Source: Candidatus Saelkia tenebricola (GTDB lineage: Bacteria > Omnitrophota > Gorgyraeia > Kaelpiales > Kaelpiaceae). From it: DNA of 61,693 nt. Below the pieces are notes generated by a model, which made no database searches, was not told the origin of the DNA, and saw nothing but the letters and a program-made list of their open reading frames with translations. A program made the translations under genes and the position numbers. Shown piece by piece: positions 8,044 through 17,826 of the stretch (position 1 is the first letter of the stretch; every line of letters begins with the position of its first letter). The stretch spans positions 1-61,693 of the forward strand of contig JAVCDA010000060.1 of assembly GCA_030765145.1 (NCBI GenBank). The letters are read 5' to 3'.

Positions 8044-9519
8044 ATGAGAAAACTTTATTTTTTGTTCTGTTTGTTAGTGATTTCAGGATTTTTTTTAACT
8101 GGTAGTCATCCTCTATATGCATCTAATCCTTCCGCCTCTGCTTATGCGCACTTTATGATGGCTTCGATTTATGAAAAAAGAAGCAATTTGGATGATGCAT
8201 TAGTAGAATATCAACGTGCTTTGGAGTATGATCACAAGAACCCTACTTTGTACATAAAACTTGCTTTAATACGTTTAAAGAGAAATGAATCTGATTTGGC
8301 AATAGAAGAGCTTAAAAAGGCAAGTGAGTATGCGCCGGAGGATGTACGGGTTCATTTTGTTTTAGCCCTGGTGTATAGCTCTCTTGGAGAATATGACATT
8401 GCAGCATCTGAATATGAACAAATAGTGAAAATTGCTCCTCATGATATTATGGCTTTGGCATCACTTGCTGATTTATACGTTCTTCAGGAAAAAGTTGATC
8501 AGGCGACGGTAGCTTATGAAAAGCTTTTAGAAGAAAATGTAGAATTGCCGCTTTTACGTTTCAATTTGGCAATACTTTATAGTAAAAGCAATAAAATAGA
8601 TCGAGCGATAGAAGAAATGTTAGAGGTTGTAAAGTTAGATCCCAGTTTTATTCAAGGGTATGTTACTTTAGGAGTTTTTTATGAAATGAAAAAGAATTAT
8701 TCTAAAGCCGTTAGGATATATCAACAGGGATTAAAAATGAAGCCTGGCGATTTAAAAATACTTCAAATTTTAGCACAGGCTTATTACAAAGCGGAAGAGT
8801 TTGAGAAGGCAGAACAAATTTATGAGGAAATATTAAAGGATTTTCCAGATCAGAAGGGACTTTATTTAGAGATTGCATATTTCTATGTCAAAAATAATGA
8901 GATTAAAAAGGCAAAAATAGTATTGAATAAAGCTGAAAATGAGAATGTTAAATTAGATCAGGTTTATTTTCTTAAAGGGTTTGCTTGTTATAGGCTCAAA
9001 GAAAATAAAGAAGCCATGCAGTTTTTTAAAAGATCTCAAGAATTAAATCCTAAGAATGCAGAAGTTTATTTTTTTCTGGGTGCATTATATGAGGATATGG
9101 AAGAATGGGATTTATCAGTCGAGAATCTTAAAAAAGCAATAGATATTTATCCTGAGCATACTGATGCTTTAAACTATTTGGGTTACATGTATGCTGAACA
9201 AGGTGTTAATCTTGAGGAAGCAAAGGGATTAGTTCAGAAAGCTCTTAAAATAAATTCTGAAAATGGTGCTTATCTTGATAGTATGAGCTGGGTGTATTTT
9301 AAACTGGGAAATATTGATAAGGCGTTGGAATATATTGAAAGGGCAATGCAATATGAACCGGAAGATTCTGTTGTGTTAGAGCATGCAGGTGATATTTTTT
9401 ATGAAAAAGGAATGATTCCTGAGGCAGTTATAAAATGGGAAAAAGCGTTAAAAATTAATCCAGTCCAAGACAGTTTGGAAGAAAAAATTAAGGGGGCAAA
9501 GGAGAAAATTGGGCAATAA
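8044..9519 (+). CDS. Secreted/periplasmic TPR repeat protein
   Basis: Signal peptide (LYFLFCLLVISGFFLTGSHPLYA) and about 12 TPR-like 34-aa repeats (..A..Y..AL...P....). Function not inferable. Confidence 0.8.
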   Translation: MRKLYFLFCLLVISGFFLTGSHPLYASNPSASAYAHFMMASIYEKRSNLDDALVEYQRALEYDHKNPTLYIKLALIRLKRNESDLAIEELKKASEYAPEDVRVHFVLALVYSSLGEYDIAASEYEQIVKIAPHDIMALASLADLYVLQEKVDQATVAYEKLLEENVELPLLRFNLAILYSKSNKIDRAIEEMLEVVKLDPSFIQGYVTLGVFYEMKKNYSKAVRIYQQGLKMKPGDLKILQILAQAYYKAEEFEKAEQIYEEILKDFPDQKGLYLEIAYFYVKNNEIKKAKIVLNKAENENVKLDQVYFLKGFACYRLKENKEAMQFFKRSQELNPKNAEVYFFLGALYEDMEEWDLSVENLKKAIDIYPEHTDALNYLGYMYAEQGVNLEEAKGLVQKALKINSENGAYLDSMSWVYFKLGNIDKALEYIERAMQYEPEDSVVLEHAGDIFYEKGMIPEAVIKWEKALKINPVQDSLEEKIKGAKEKIGQ

Positions 9520-10333
9520 AACCGATATAGAATTATTCAAACAAAAAGCATCTCAGATAAGGAAGGATATTCTTACAATGCTCCAAGAAGCAGGATCTGG
9601 ACATACTGGTGGATCTTTATCATTGGTTGAAATACTGATCTCTCTTTATTGCTACAAGTTAAAGCATGATCCTAAAAATCCAGACTGGTCCAAGAGAGAT
9701 AGATTGATTCTTTCTAAAGGTCATGGTTGTCCTGCTCTTTATGCTATTCTTGCGGATTGCGGGTATTTTCCTAAGAATGAGCTTTCAACTCTAAGAAAAT
9801 ATGGTTCACGCCTGCAAGGTCATCCTGAGAAAGGTATTTCAGGTGTTGAAGCTTCGACTGGTTCTTTAGGACAGGGGTTATCAATTGCAATAGGGATGGC
9901 TCTATCTGGAAGGTTAGATAACAGAGATAATAAAGTTTATTGTATTATGGGGGATGGCGAAACAAATGAAGGCCAAATTTGGGAAGCTGCTATGACTGCT
10001 GCACATTATAAGTTGGATAATTTAATAGGCATTATAGATCATAACAAGTTGCAGATAGATGGGCCTGTAAAGGAAGTTAAAAATTTAGAGCCTTATAAGG
10101 AGAAATGGGTTGCATTTGGTTGGAAAGTAACCGAGTGTGATGGTCATGATTTTAATTCTTTAATAAAAGCTTTAGATTGGGCTTATGAAGTGAAAGATTA
10201 TCCTGCTATGATTATTGCTCATACTGTAAAAGGGAAAGGTGTTTCTTTTATGGAAAACGATAATAAATGGCATGGAGTGGCACCGGTAAAAGATGAATTA
10301 GAAAAAGCTTTTAAAGAGTTAGGAGAGAAATGA
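9509..10333 (+). CDS. Transketolase, N-terminal (TPP-binding) subunit
   Basis: GSGHTGGSLS, LSKGHGCPALYA, GDGETNEGQIWEAA. TTG start overlapping the upstream stop. Confidence 0.9.
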   Translation: MGNKTDIELFKQKASQIRKDILTMLQEAGSGHTGGSLSLVEILISLYCYKLKHDPKNPDWSKRDRLILSKGHGCPALYAILADCGYFPKNELSTLRKYGSRLQGHPEKGISGVEASTGSLGQGLSIAIGMALSGRLDNRDNKVYCIMGDGETNEGQIWEAAMTAAHYKLDNLIGIIDHNKLQIDGPVKEVKNLEPYKEKWVAFGWKVTECDGHDFNSLIKALDWAYEVKDYPAMIIAHTVKGKGVSFMENDNKWHGVAPVKDELEKAFKELGEK

Positions 10334-11262
10334 AGTCAACTAGAGGTGGTTTTGGTGATGCATTATTAGAAATAGGTAAGCTCGATGAGAAGGTCGTTGT
10401 TTTATCAGCTGATTTAACTGAATCAGTCAGAGCAGGAGCATTTAAAGCCAGTTTTCCGGACCGATTTTTTAGTTTCGGAGTATCTGAACAAGATATGATT
10501 TCTGCTGCAGCAGGTTTTGCGCTGGAAGGTAAAATTCCTTTTGCCTGTACTTTCGGGGTATTTGCTTCAGGTAGACCCTGGGATCAAATCAGGATATCTG
10601 TTGCATATATGAACCTGAATGTAAATATTGTAGGTACTCATGCCGGTATTACGGTAGGTCCTGATGGGGCTACACATCAGGCGTTAGAGGAAATTACACT
10701 TATGAGAGTTCTTCCTAACATGACAGTCATTGTGCCTTGTGATTATTACGAAGCATACAAGGCAACAAAAGCTGCAGTTAATTATCCCGGGCCGGTGTAT
10801 TTGAGATTAACCAGGAATAACGTACCATTTATTACAAATGAAGATGATGAGTACAAAATAGGTGAAGCTGCTGTATTAAAAGAGGGAGACGATTTAACTA
10901 TTATTGCATGTGGACAAATGACTAGTATTTGTCTGGAAGCTGCTGATATTTTGAAGCAGGAAAGTATCTCAGTGAGAGTGATAAATTTACATACTGTTAA
11001 ACCTCTTGATAGAAATAAAATATTAGAAGCTGCTTTGGAGACAAAAGCTATTCTTACTGTCGAAGAACACCAGGTTTTTGGAGGTATGGGTTCTTCTATA
11101 GCAGAGTTTGTCTGTGAAAATAATCCTGTACCCATGAAGCTTATGGGGATACGGGATCGTTTTGGAAGAAGTGGCGAGTCAGATGTTTTATTGGAAGCTT
11201 TTGGTTTAACTTCTGAGCATGTAGTGAAAGAAGCAAAGATGCTGCTCGAGAAAAAAAGTTGA
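10330..11262 (+). CDS. Transketolase, C-terminal (pyrimidine-binding/C-terminal domain) subunit
   Basis: FGVSEQDMISAAAGFALEGKIPF, GPDGATHQALEEI, EEHQVFGGMGS. Overlaps the N-terminal subunit gene. Confidence 0.9.
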   Translation: MKSTRGGFGDALLEIGKLDEKVVVLSADLTESVRAGAFKASFPDRFFSFGVSEQDMISAAAGFALEGKIPFACTFGVFASGRPWDQIRISVAYMNLNVNIVGTHAGITVGPDGATHQALEEITLMRVLPNMTVIVPCDYYEAYKATKAAVNYPGPVYLRLTRNNVPFITNEDDEYKIGEAAVLKEGDDLTIIACGQMTSICLEAADILKQESISVRVINLHTVKPLDRNKILEAALETKAILTVEEHQVFGGMGSSIAEFVCENNPVPMKLMGIRDRFGRSGESDVLLEAFGLTSEHVVKEAKMLLEKKS

Positions 11263-12104
11263 TAACCTATAAAACTCCAGCCAAGATTAACCTTTTCCTT
11301 GATATTATTTCCAAAAGAGAAGATCAATATCACGATATTTTAAGTTTAATGGTAAAAATTACGCTTTTTGATGATTTGATAGTTGATATTGCAGAGAATG
11401 ATAAAATTGTTTTAGAAGTTAATGGAAATGCCCCTCTGGGAGAAGAGAACATATGTTTTAAAGCTGCTGAGGTTATGAGAAAGAAATATAATATTTCTTC
11501 TGGAATTAGTATTAAACTCAATAAGTTTATTCCCACTGAAGCAGGATTAGGCGGCGGTAGTTCCAATGCTGCATATGTTATTAAAGGTATTGATAAGATT
11601 TTTGATTTGGGGCTAAGTGATGAAGAATTAATTGAAACTGGTGCATCCTTAGGGTCGGATGTACCAGTTTTTATAACAGATGCTCCTTGGATTATAGCCC
11701 AGGGCCGGGGTGAGAAAGTAAGAGGTGTTTATCCTGATTTTAAATTTTCAGCTATTGTTATTTTTCCTGGGTTTGGAATAAAAACAGCTTCTATCTATCA
11801 AAAATGGAAACCTTCCTTGACACATTCTGAGTGCTGGGATAAAATTAAACTTTGCAGCAATAGTGAGGTTAACATGAACTTTTTAAAAAAATACTCTTAC
11901 AATGTCTTTGAAAAAATTGTAGGAGACGAGCGGTTATCCTCTCTTAAAAAAAATCTAATGAATTTTCATGCCCAGGTAGTTGGTATGAGTGGAACTGGCT
12001 CTGCGCTATATGCTGTGTTTTCTGCACAAGATGAGGCGTTACAAGCTAAAGAGAGTCTGATTCCTATGGGGTATCAGGTTTTTGTGGTCGAATCTCTAAA
12101 ATAA
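11259..12104 (+). CDS. ispE: 4-diphosphocytidyl-2-C-methyl-D-erythritol kinase
   Basis: PAKINLFLDI..R.DQYHDI and the GHMP kinase motif PTEAGLGGGSSNAA. Confidence 0.9.
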   Translation: MITYKTPAKINLFLDIISKREDQYHDILSLMVKITLFDDLIVDIAENDKIVLEVNGNAPLGEENICFKAAEVMRKKYNISSGISIKLNKFIPTEAGLGGGSSNAAYVIKGIDKIFDLGLSDEELIETGASLGSDVPVFITDAPWIIAQGRGEKVRGVYPDFKFSAIVIFPGFGIKTASIYQKWKPSLTHSECWDKIKLCSNSEVNMNFLKKYSYNVFEKIVGDERLSSLKKNLMNFHAQVVGMSGTGSALYAVFSAQDEALQAKESLIPMGYQVFVVESLK

Positions 12105-12117
12105 GGAGGTGCTTGCT

Positions 12118-12537
12118 TTGGAGATTACAGAGGTAAAGGTGTTTCCCAGGGTTCAAGGCAACAAGAAATTGCGGGCTTATGTTACGGTTACGTTTGATAA
12201 CTCTTTTGTAGTACGCAACGTCAAGGTTATTGAGGGCAATAAAGGACTTTTTGTTGCCATGCCTTCCAGGAAAGTACAAAGACCTTGTTCTCGTTGTAGA
12301 AGGAGTAATACCATTATAGCCAGATTTTGCAATTACTGTGGAGTTGCTTTGGAGGCTTCTAAGTACGGAGATTCTTATGATAGACAGCAGGAAACAAAAG
12401 ACATGGCGCATCCTATAAACCAGGAATTTCGTACCTACATGGAGCAAAGTGTTCTAGAGGCTTATGAAGAAGAGGTCAAGAACAATCCTCAACAAGAATC
12501 GAGGGTTGATCTTGAATCGTCTGGAGAAGTAATTTAA
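12118..12537 (+). CDS. spoVG: SpoVG family protein with internal zinc-ribbon insertion
   Basis: (M)EITEVKVFPRV..KLRAYVTVTFDNSFVVRNVKVIEGNKGLFVAMPSRK ... DMAHPIN is the SpoVG core. I prefer the TTG at 12118, 7 nt after AAGGAGG, over the track start at 12109. The CSRC..N13..CNYC insertion is described in findings. Confidence 0.8.
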   Translation: MEITEVKVFPRVQGNKKLRAYVTVTFDNSFVVRNVKVIEGNKGLFVAMPSRKVQRPCSRCRRSNTIIARFCNYCGVALEASKYGDSYDRQQETKDMAHPINQEFRTYMEQSVLEAYEEEVKNNPQQESRVDLESSGEVI

Positions 12538-12556
12538 TTAACGTATTATTTTGATT

Positions 12557-12627
12557 TGGGGAATAGTGTAATGGTAGCACAACGGCTTTTGGAGCCGTCT
12601 GTGGAGGTTCGAGCCCTCCTTCCCCAG
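12557..12627 (+). tRNA. tRNA-Gln (anticodon UUG)
   Basis: Hand-folded cloverleaf. Acceptor TGGGGAA/TTCCCCA, D stem GTGT/GCAC, anticodon stem ACGGC/GCCGT with loop TT-TTG-GA, 4-nt variable loop, T arm GGAGG-TTCGAGC-CCTCC, discriminator G. No encoded CCA. Confidence 0.85.
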
Positions 12628-12719
12628 TACCGAATCAGGTATTATATTATAGTTTAGGAATTAATGATAAAAAGAGGAGTGTTGTTTTTAATGCGTATCA
12701 ATAGAGGTAAAGTATTATC

Positions 12720-13976
12720 ATGAAAACGTGTGCTGTAATTTTAGCTGCTGGAGATGGAAAAAGGCTTAAATCTGATATTCCTAAATATCTCCAGAAAGTG
12801 GGGGGGTGGTCTCTTCTAACACATGGTATTGAAAATGCCATAGCATCAGGTGTTGATGAAATCTATCTTGTTATGGGAGAAGGAGATAGAAAGAATATTG
12901 ATACGGGAAGAATATATGTTGTAGAGCAAAAAAAGAAACGAGGTACGGCTGATGCTTTTTATATTGCTTTGAAATCTATACCTGCTAAATACAAGAATAT
13001 TTTGCTTTTTTATGTTGATATTCCCTTGATAAAACCGGAAACACTTAAGAAGCTTATTTTTAACCACGAGAAAAATAATGCAAATATTACGATTTTGACT
13101 ACGAATCTCCTAAAACCTAAAGGCTATGGCAGGATAATAAGAGATAATAAGGGTGGAATATCAGAAATTAAAGAGGATGATTTACTTAATGCCGAAGAGA
13201 AAAAAATAAAAGAGGTTAATTTAGGGGTATATGTTTTTAAGCGTTCACAATTGCTCATGGCTAATTTATCTTGCATAAAGCCCAAGGGTAAAAAAAGAGA
13301 GAAATATCTCACTGAAATAGTTCCGTTTTACTATGGTAAAGGGCTAAAAATCTCATCCTTAAAATTGAAAGATGCTCAAGAAGGACTGGGTATTAATAGT
13401 AGGATGCATTTAGTGGAAGCCAATAGTATTATTTTTAAGAGAAATGCATTGCATCATATCAATAAGATGGTGACTGTAATGGCTCCTGAAAACACTTATA
13501 TTGAGAAAAATGTAAAAATAGGACGCGACAGCATAATATATCCTTTTGTCTATATCGAAGCCGGAGTTAAAATAGGTAAAAATTGTGTCATTGGTCCCAG
13601 TGCGCATATCCGTAGCGGTTCAATTCTTGATGATAACGTTAGTATTGGTAATTTTGTAGAAATATCTAGATCGCATGTAGCAAGCGGGACAAAAATCCGG
13701 CATTTTTCATATATAGGGGACACAACAATTGGTAAAAATGTGAATATAGGCGCAGGATGTGTGACTGCAAATTACGATGGGAAGCATAAGAATAAAATTA
13801 CAATAGAAGATGATGCTTTTATAGGGAGCAATACAACAGTTATTGCTCCTGTTAAAATTGGTAAGAGCGCTATAACTGGGGCTGGATCTGTGGTAACCAA
13901 AAATAACGATATTGATGCATATGAGGTTGTTGTAGGTGTGCCGGCAAAAACTATAAGGAGAAGAAAACATGGATAG
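12720..13976 (+). CDS. glmU: Bifunctional UDP-GlcNAc pyrophosphorylase / GlcN-1-P acetyltransferase
   Basis: An N-terminal nucleotidyltransferase (AVILAAGDGKRLKS, GTADA) is followed by long left-handed beta-helix hexapeptide repeats (IG.N..IG...). It lies upstream of prs, as in many bacteria. Confidence 0.8.
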   Translation: MKTCAVILAAGDGKRLKSDIPKYLQKVGGWSLLTHGIENAIASGVDEIYLVMGEGDRKNIDTGRIYVVEQKKKRGTADAFYIALKSIPAKYKNILLFYVDIPLIKPETLKKLIFNHEKNNANITILTTNLLKPKGYGRIIRDNKGGISEIKEDDLLNAEEKKIKEVNLGVYVFKRSQLLMANLSCIKPKGKKREKYLTEIVPFYYGKGLKISSLKLKDAQEGLGINSRMHLVEANSIIFKRNALHHINKMVTVMAPENTYIEKNVKIGRDSIIYPFVYIEAGVKIGKNCVIGPSAHIRSGSILDDNVSIGNFVEISRSHVASGTKIRHFSYIGDTTIGKNVNIGAGCVTANYDGKHKNKITIEDDAFIGSNTTVIAPVKIGKSAITGAGSVVTKNNDIDAYEVVVGVPAKTIRRRKHG

Positions 13977-14907
13977 ATTGACAGTTTTTACAGGTAATGC
14001 TAATCCTGCGTTAGCTCAAAAAATTTGTGAGTATTTGGGTATTGAATTAGGCAAAGCATTTGTCTCTATATTTAGCGAAGGTGAGATTCAAGTAAAAATT
14101 GAGCAGAACATAAGAGGTAATGAGGTTTTTATAATACAACCTACATGTGCACCACCTAACGATAATTTGATGGAGTTGCTTGTTATGATTGATGCTGTAA
14201 AACGTGCCTCGGCTCGCAGGATTACTGCAGTAGTTCCTTACTTCGGTTACGCTAGGCAGGATAGAAAAGATCAGCCCAGAGTGCCTATTACTGCTAAATT
14301 GGTTGCAAATTTAATTACAGTTGCAGGTGCAGATAGAGTATTGACTATGGATTTACATGCTGGGCAAATCCAGGGGTTTTTTGATATTCCGTTAGATCAT
14401 TTGCTGGCTGTTAAAACTTTTGTAGAACATCTTAAGAAAGTAATGGATATTTCAAATTTAGTTGTCGTTTCCCCTGATGTCGGTGGAATTAAGATGGCTA
14501 GATCGTATGCTAAAAGACTTGGGGTGCCTCTGGCAATAGTTGATAAAAGAAGGATTAGCACAGAACAAGCAGAGGTTATGAATATTTTAGGCGATGTTAA
14601 GGGGCGTGATGTTTGTATTGTTGATGATATAGTTGCCACAGCCGGTTCCATAGTAGAGGCTGTTGAGGCGTTAAAGGCTAGGGGAGCTAAGGATGTTTAT
14701 GCTGCCATTACACATTCTGTTCTTTCTGGGCCAGCAGTTGGACGTTTAAATAAAGCAGCAATTAAAAAATTCTATGTTACAGATACGATTCCTCTTCCAT
14801 CTGAGAAAAAAATTGATAAAATAGAAATTCTCTCTGTGGCTCCGTTGCTGGGAGAGGCGATTAAAAGGATTCACAAGGCAGTGTCTATTAGCGTTTTGTT
14901 TGATTAA
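13969..14907 (+). CDS. prs: Ribose-phosphate pyrophosphokinase
   Basis: VVPYFGYARQDRK, DLHAGQIQGFFDIP, VSPDVGG, DDIVATAGS. Confidence 0.95.
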   Translation: MDRLTVFTGNANPALAQKICEYLGIELGKAFVSIFSEGEIQVKIEQNIRGNEVFIIQPTCAPPNDNLMELLVMIDAVKRASARRITAVVPYFGYARQDRKDQPRVPITAKLVANLITVAGADRVLTMDLHAGQIQGFFDIPLDHLLAVKTFVEHLKKVMDISNLVVVSPDVGGIKMARSYAKRLGVPLAIVDKRRISTEQAEVMNILGDVKGRDVCIVDDIVATAGSIVEAVEALKARGAKDVYAAITHSVLSGPAVGRLNKAAIKKFYVTDTIPLPSEKKIDKIEILSVAPLLGEAIKRIHKAVSISVLFD

Positions 14908-14961
14908 AATTTATCTGCGTGTAAAACGTGGAAAGATATGATCTTTTAAGGAGGTTAAATT

Positions 14962-15660
14962 ATGGAGAAGCTTAAAATTAAGGCTCAAAAGAGAAAAATT
15001 ACCGGTAAAGAGTATGCCGGTAGAATTCGGCGTCAGGGGGTAATTCCTGGTGTGTTGTATAAAAAAGGAAATAGTGTGCCTTTAGAGTTAAAAGAAACTG
15101 ATCTCGTGCATCTATTTCATAAAGCTCATTCTGAGAATATTATTGTGGAAATTGAGCTTATAGATGGCGATGAAAAAGAACTTAAAGTTGCAATGCTTAA
15201 AGATGTTAGTCGTGATGTGATAAAGGGGAGTGTTATTCATGTAGACTTTCAGGAGATTTCTTTGGATGAAATTGTAAAAATAAAAGTTCCTGTTGAAATT
15301 AAAGGTGAAGCAATCGGTGTTAAAAGAGATGGCGGGGTGCTGGATCATTTACTGTGGGAGGTGGAAGTTGAGTGTACAGCAGTTCAAATTCCCGGTAAAA
15401 TTGAAATTAATGTAGATGCTCTTGAAATAGGTGATGCAATTCATATCTCGGATTTAGAAGTGCCCCAAGATGTGAAACTTATGGGTGTTCCAGATAAAGT
15501 TGTATTGCATGTAGTTGCACCTCGAAAAGAAGTTGTAGAAGAGGAAGTATTAGCTGAGTCCGAAGAGACTCAACAAGAGCCTGAGGTCATAAGAGAGAAA
15601 AAGACAGAGCAAGAGACGGAGTCTCAAGACGAAAAAAACAAGGGAGCAGAGACTCAGTAA
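14962..15660 (+). CDS. rplY: 50S ribosomal protein L25 / general stress protein Ctc, long form with acidic tail
   Basis: RRQGVIPGVLY, a ..HVDFQEI.. core, and a C-terminal E/Q-rich extension. Strong SD. Confidence 0.85.
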   Translation: MEKLKIKAQKRKITGKEYAGRIRRQGVIPGVLYKKGNSVPLELKETDLVHLFHKAHSENIIVEIELIDGDEKELKVAMLKDVSRDVIKGSVIHVDFQEISLDEIVKIKVPVEIKGEAIGVKRDGGVLDHLLWEVEVECTAVQIPGKIEINVDALEIGDAIHISDLEVPQDVKLMGVPDKVVLHVVAPRKEVVEEEVLAESEETQQEPEVIREKKTEQETESQDEKNKGAETQ

Positions 15661-15664
15661 TAGC

Positions 15665-16333
15665 ATGATTTTTATATTTGGGCTTGGTAATCCGGGTGAG
15701 CAATACAAGAACACCTTACATAATTTAGGTTTTCAGGTACTGGACAAATTAGCTGCTGAATATAAAACAGGTTTTCGAAAAAGGATATGTAAGGCTAAAA
15801 TTGCCTGTTTTGATTTACCTTGTTATAAAGGTGAAGATTGTAAGAGTAGTGATGTTGAGAAAGATAATTTTTGGATGAAAATTGGGTTGAAAAATCGCAT
15901 AAAGAGAAGAGATGAGACAAATAAAATTCAGCTCATTAAGCCTTATACATATATGAACCTTAGTGGAGTATCTATTGGGTGTATTAGGAATAAATATCAA
16001 TTCCAAAATAAAGATTTACTTGTCATCTGCGATGATTTAAGCTTGGGAAAAGGTTATATTAAAATCAAGTCTGAAGGTGGCTCTGGAGGACATAAAGGTA
16101 TAGCTTCAGTAATAGCTGCTTTAGGCAGCGATAATTTCCCTCGCTTAAGGATTGGGATAGGTCCGCTTGATTCTTATCAAGCAGCTGAAGAGTATGTCTT
16201 AAAGGAATTGTCTCAAAGAGAGATTGAGGATTATAATGATATAGTGGAAAAGGTGACGAAAATAGTAGATTTTTATATTAGAGACGGTATCGATAAGGCG
16301 ATGTCGTTCTATAATCGAAAAAAAATAATTTGA
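15665..16333 (+). CDS. pth: Peptidyl-tRNA hydrolase (with about 35-aa internal insertion)
   Basis: FGLGNPGEQYKNTLHNLG (catalytic His), YMNLSG, GGSGGHKG, PRLRIGIG. Confidence 0.85.
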   Translation: MIFIFGLGNPGEQYKNTLHNLGFQVLDKLAAEYKTGFRKRICKAKIACFDLPCYKGEDCKSSDVEKDNFWMKIGLKNRIKRRDETNKIQLIKPYTYMNLSGVSIGCIRNKYQFQNKDLLVICDDLSLGKGYIKIKSEGGSGGHKGIASVIAALGSDNFPRLRIGIGPLDSYQAAEEYVLKELSQREIEDYNDIVEKVTKIVDFYIRDGIDKAMSFYNRKKII

Positions 16334-16391
16334 TGTTGCCTCATATGTACTTCTATGCTAACATTGTCCGATTAAAAGGGGTGATAATATA

Positions 16392-16679
16392 ATGAAAAAA
16401 TATGAAGTCATGTTTATTTTGAATCCTGATCTAAATGATGCAGAGGTTAATTCAGAGATGGAGAAGATTAAAAGTTCAGTTACTAAAAGAGATGGACGAG
16501 TACACGAATTGAACATTTGGGGAAGGAGGCAGCTTGCTTATTCGATTAAGAAATTCCAAGAGGGAGTTTATCTTCTGGGGTATTTTGATCTTTCTGCAAA
16601 ATCGCCTCGAGAACTTTCTGGAGAATGGGAATTGAATGCCAATATTTTGAGATCGTTTATTTTAAAAAAGGAGAAATAA
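16392..16679 (+). CDS. rpsF: 30S ribosomal protein S6
   Basis: KKYEVMFILNPDL.., WGRRQLAYSIKK. First gene of the rpsF-ssb-rpsR-rplI order. Confidence 0.9.
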   Translation: MKKYEVMFILNPDLNDAEVNSEMEKIKSSVTKRDGRVHELNIWGRRQLAYSIKKFQEGVYLLGYFDLSAKSPRELSGEWELNANILRSFILKKEK

Positions 16680-17123
16680 ATGCCTAGTTTAAATAGAGTT
16701 TTTTTAATTGGTAATTTAACCAGAGATCCGGAACTACGCTATACGCCGGCTGGAGTAGCTGTTGTAAGTTTTGGTATTGCTGTGAATCGTGTTTTTAAAA
16801 CTCAAACCGGAGATAAAAAAGAGGAAACCTGTTTTGTAAGAATTGTAACATTCGGTAAGCAAGCTGAATCTTGCAACCAGTTTCTTGCCAAGGGTAGGCT
16901 GGTATTTATAGAAGGTAGACTACAATATAGAACATGGGAATATGAGGGCAAGAAATATAGCGCTATGGATGTAATTGCTGATAGGGTGCAGTTTTTAACC
17001 CGGGGTAAAGAAGATGCGTCTGTTGTCGCGGAACCGGATATAGAAGAAGAGATGTTGCCAGGTCAAAATATTAAAGAAGTAGGTTTAGATTCTGAGGGAG
17101 AAGGAAATGAGGTGCCATTTTGA
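16680..17123 (+). CDS. ssb: Single-stranded DNA-binding protein
   Basis: LNRVFLIGNLTRDPELRYTPAG.. OB fold, and an acidic C-terminal tip ending ..NEVPF. Confidence 0.9.
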   Translation: MPSLNRVFLIGNLTRDPELRYTPAGVAVVSFGIAVNRVFKTQTGDKKEETCFVRIVTFGKQAESCNQFLAKGRLVFIEGRLQYRTWEYEGKKYSAMDVIADRVQFLTRGKEDASVVAEPDIEEEMLPGQNIKEVGLDSEGEGNEVPF

Positions 17124-17383
17124 AAGATTTTAGAAATAAAAAAAGAGATAAAAAGAAGCAGGATGACAAGTTTTTAAAAAAAAGAAAGAAGTACTGCAGG
17201 TTTTGTGTTAAAGAAGTGGATATCAATTACAAGGATTTGGAATTATTGCAAAACTTTACTACTGATAAAGGTAGGATTAGAACCAGGAATTCCAGCGGAA
17301 ACTGTGCAAAACATCAGAGAAGGCTTATTGCCGAGATAAAAAATGCTAGGAATATGGCGCTTTTACCGTTTGTCACCGAATAA
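17120..17383 (+). CDS. rpsR: 30S ribosomal protein S18
   Basis: KKYCRFC..INYKD..LLQNF.TDKGRI..R..SG.CAKHQR.L...IK.AR..ALLPF. Confidence 0.9.
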   Translation: MKDFRNKKRDKKKQDDKFLKKRKKYCRFCVKEVDINYKDLELLQNFTTDKGRIRTRNSSGNCAKHQRRLIAEIKNARNMALLPFVTE

Positions 17384-17826
17384 TGAAGATAATACTATTA
17401 CAAGACTATAAAAATTTAGGTTCCAAAGGACAAATCAGGAATGTTAAGAAGGGGTATGCCAGGAATTTTTTAATACCGCAGGGTTTTGCTCAAGAAGCGA
17501 CAACTCAGGTTTTGAATGATTTAGAACGGAGAAATCTTATTGAAGATAAGAAAAAACAGAAAAAACTCAGCAATTTAGAAGATTTAAAGAAAAGTCTTTC
17601 CAAAGTTTCTATAACTATAGGTGTCAAAGCGGGAGAAGAGAAAAAGATGTATGGTGCAGTCACCAACATAGATATTGCCAAGGCTCTTAAGGATGAAGGG
17701 TTTGATATAGATAGACATGCGATAATGCTTGATGAGCCTATAAAGGAACTTGGGGTGTATCAGGTTCCGATTTGTCTTCATTCTGACATTAAGACTCAGG
17801 TTAAAATTTGGGTCGTCAAGGAATAA
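17383..17826 (+). CDS. rplI: 50S ribosomal protein L9
   Basis: MKIILLQDYKNLGSKGQIRNVKKGYARNFLIPQGFA is a canonical L9 N-terminus. Confidence 0.9.
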   Translation: MKIILLQDYKNLGSKGQIRNVKKGYARNFLIPQGFAQEATTQVLNDLERRNLIEDKKKQKKLSNLEDLKKSLSKVSITIGVKAGEEKKMYGAVTNIDIAKALKDEGFDIDRHAIMLDEPIKELGVYQVPICLHSDIKTQVKIWVVKE

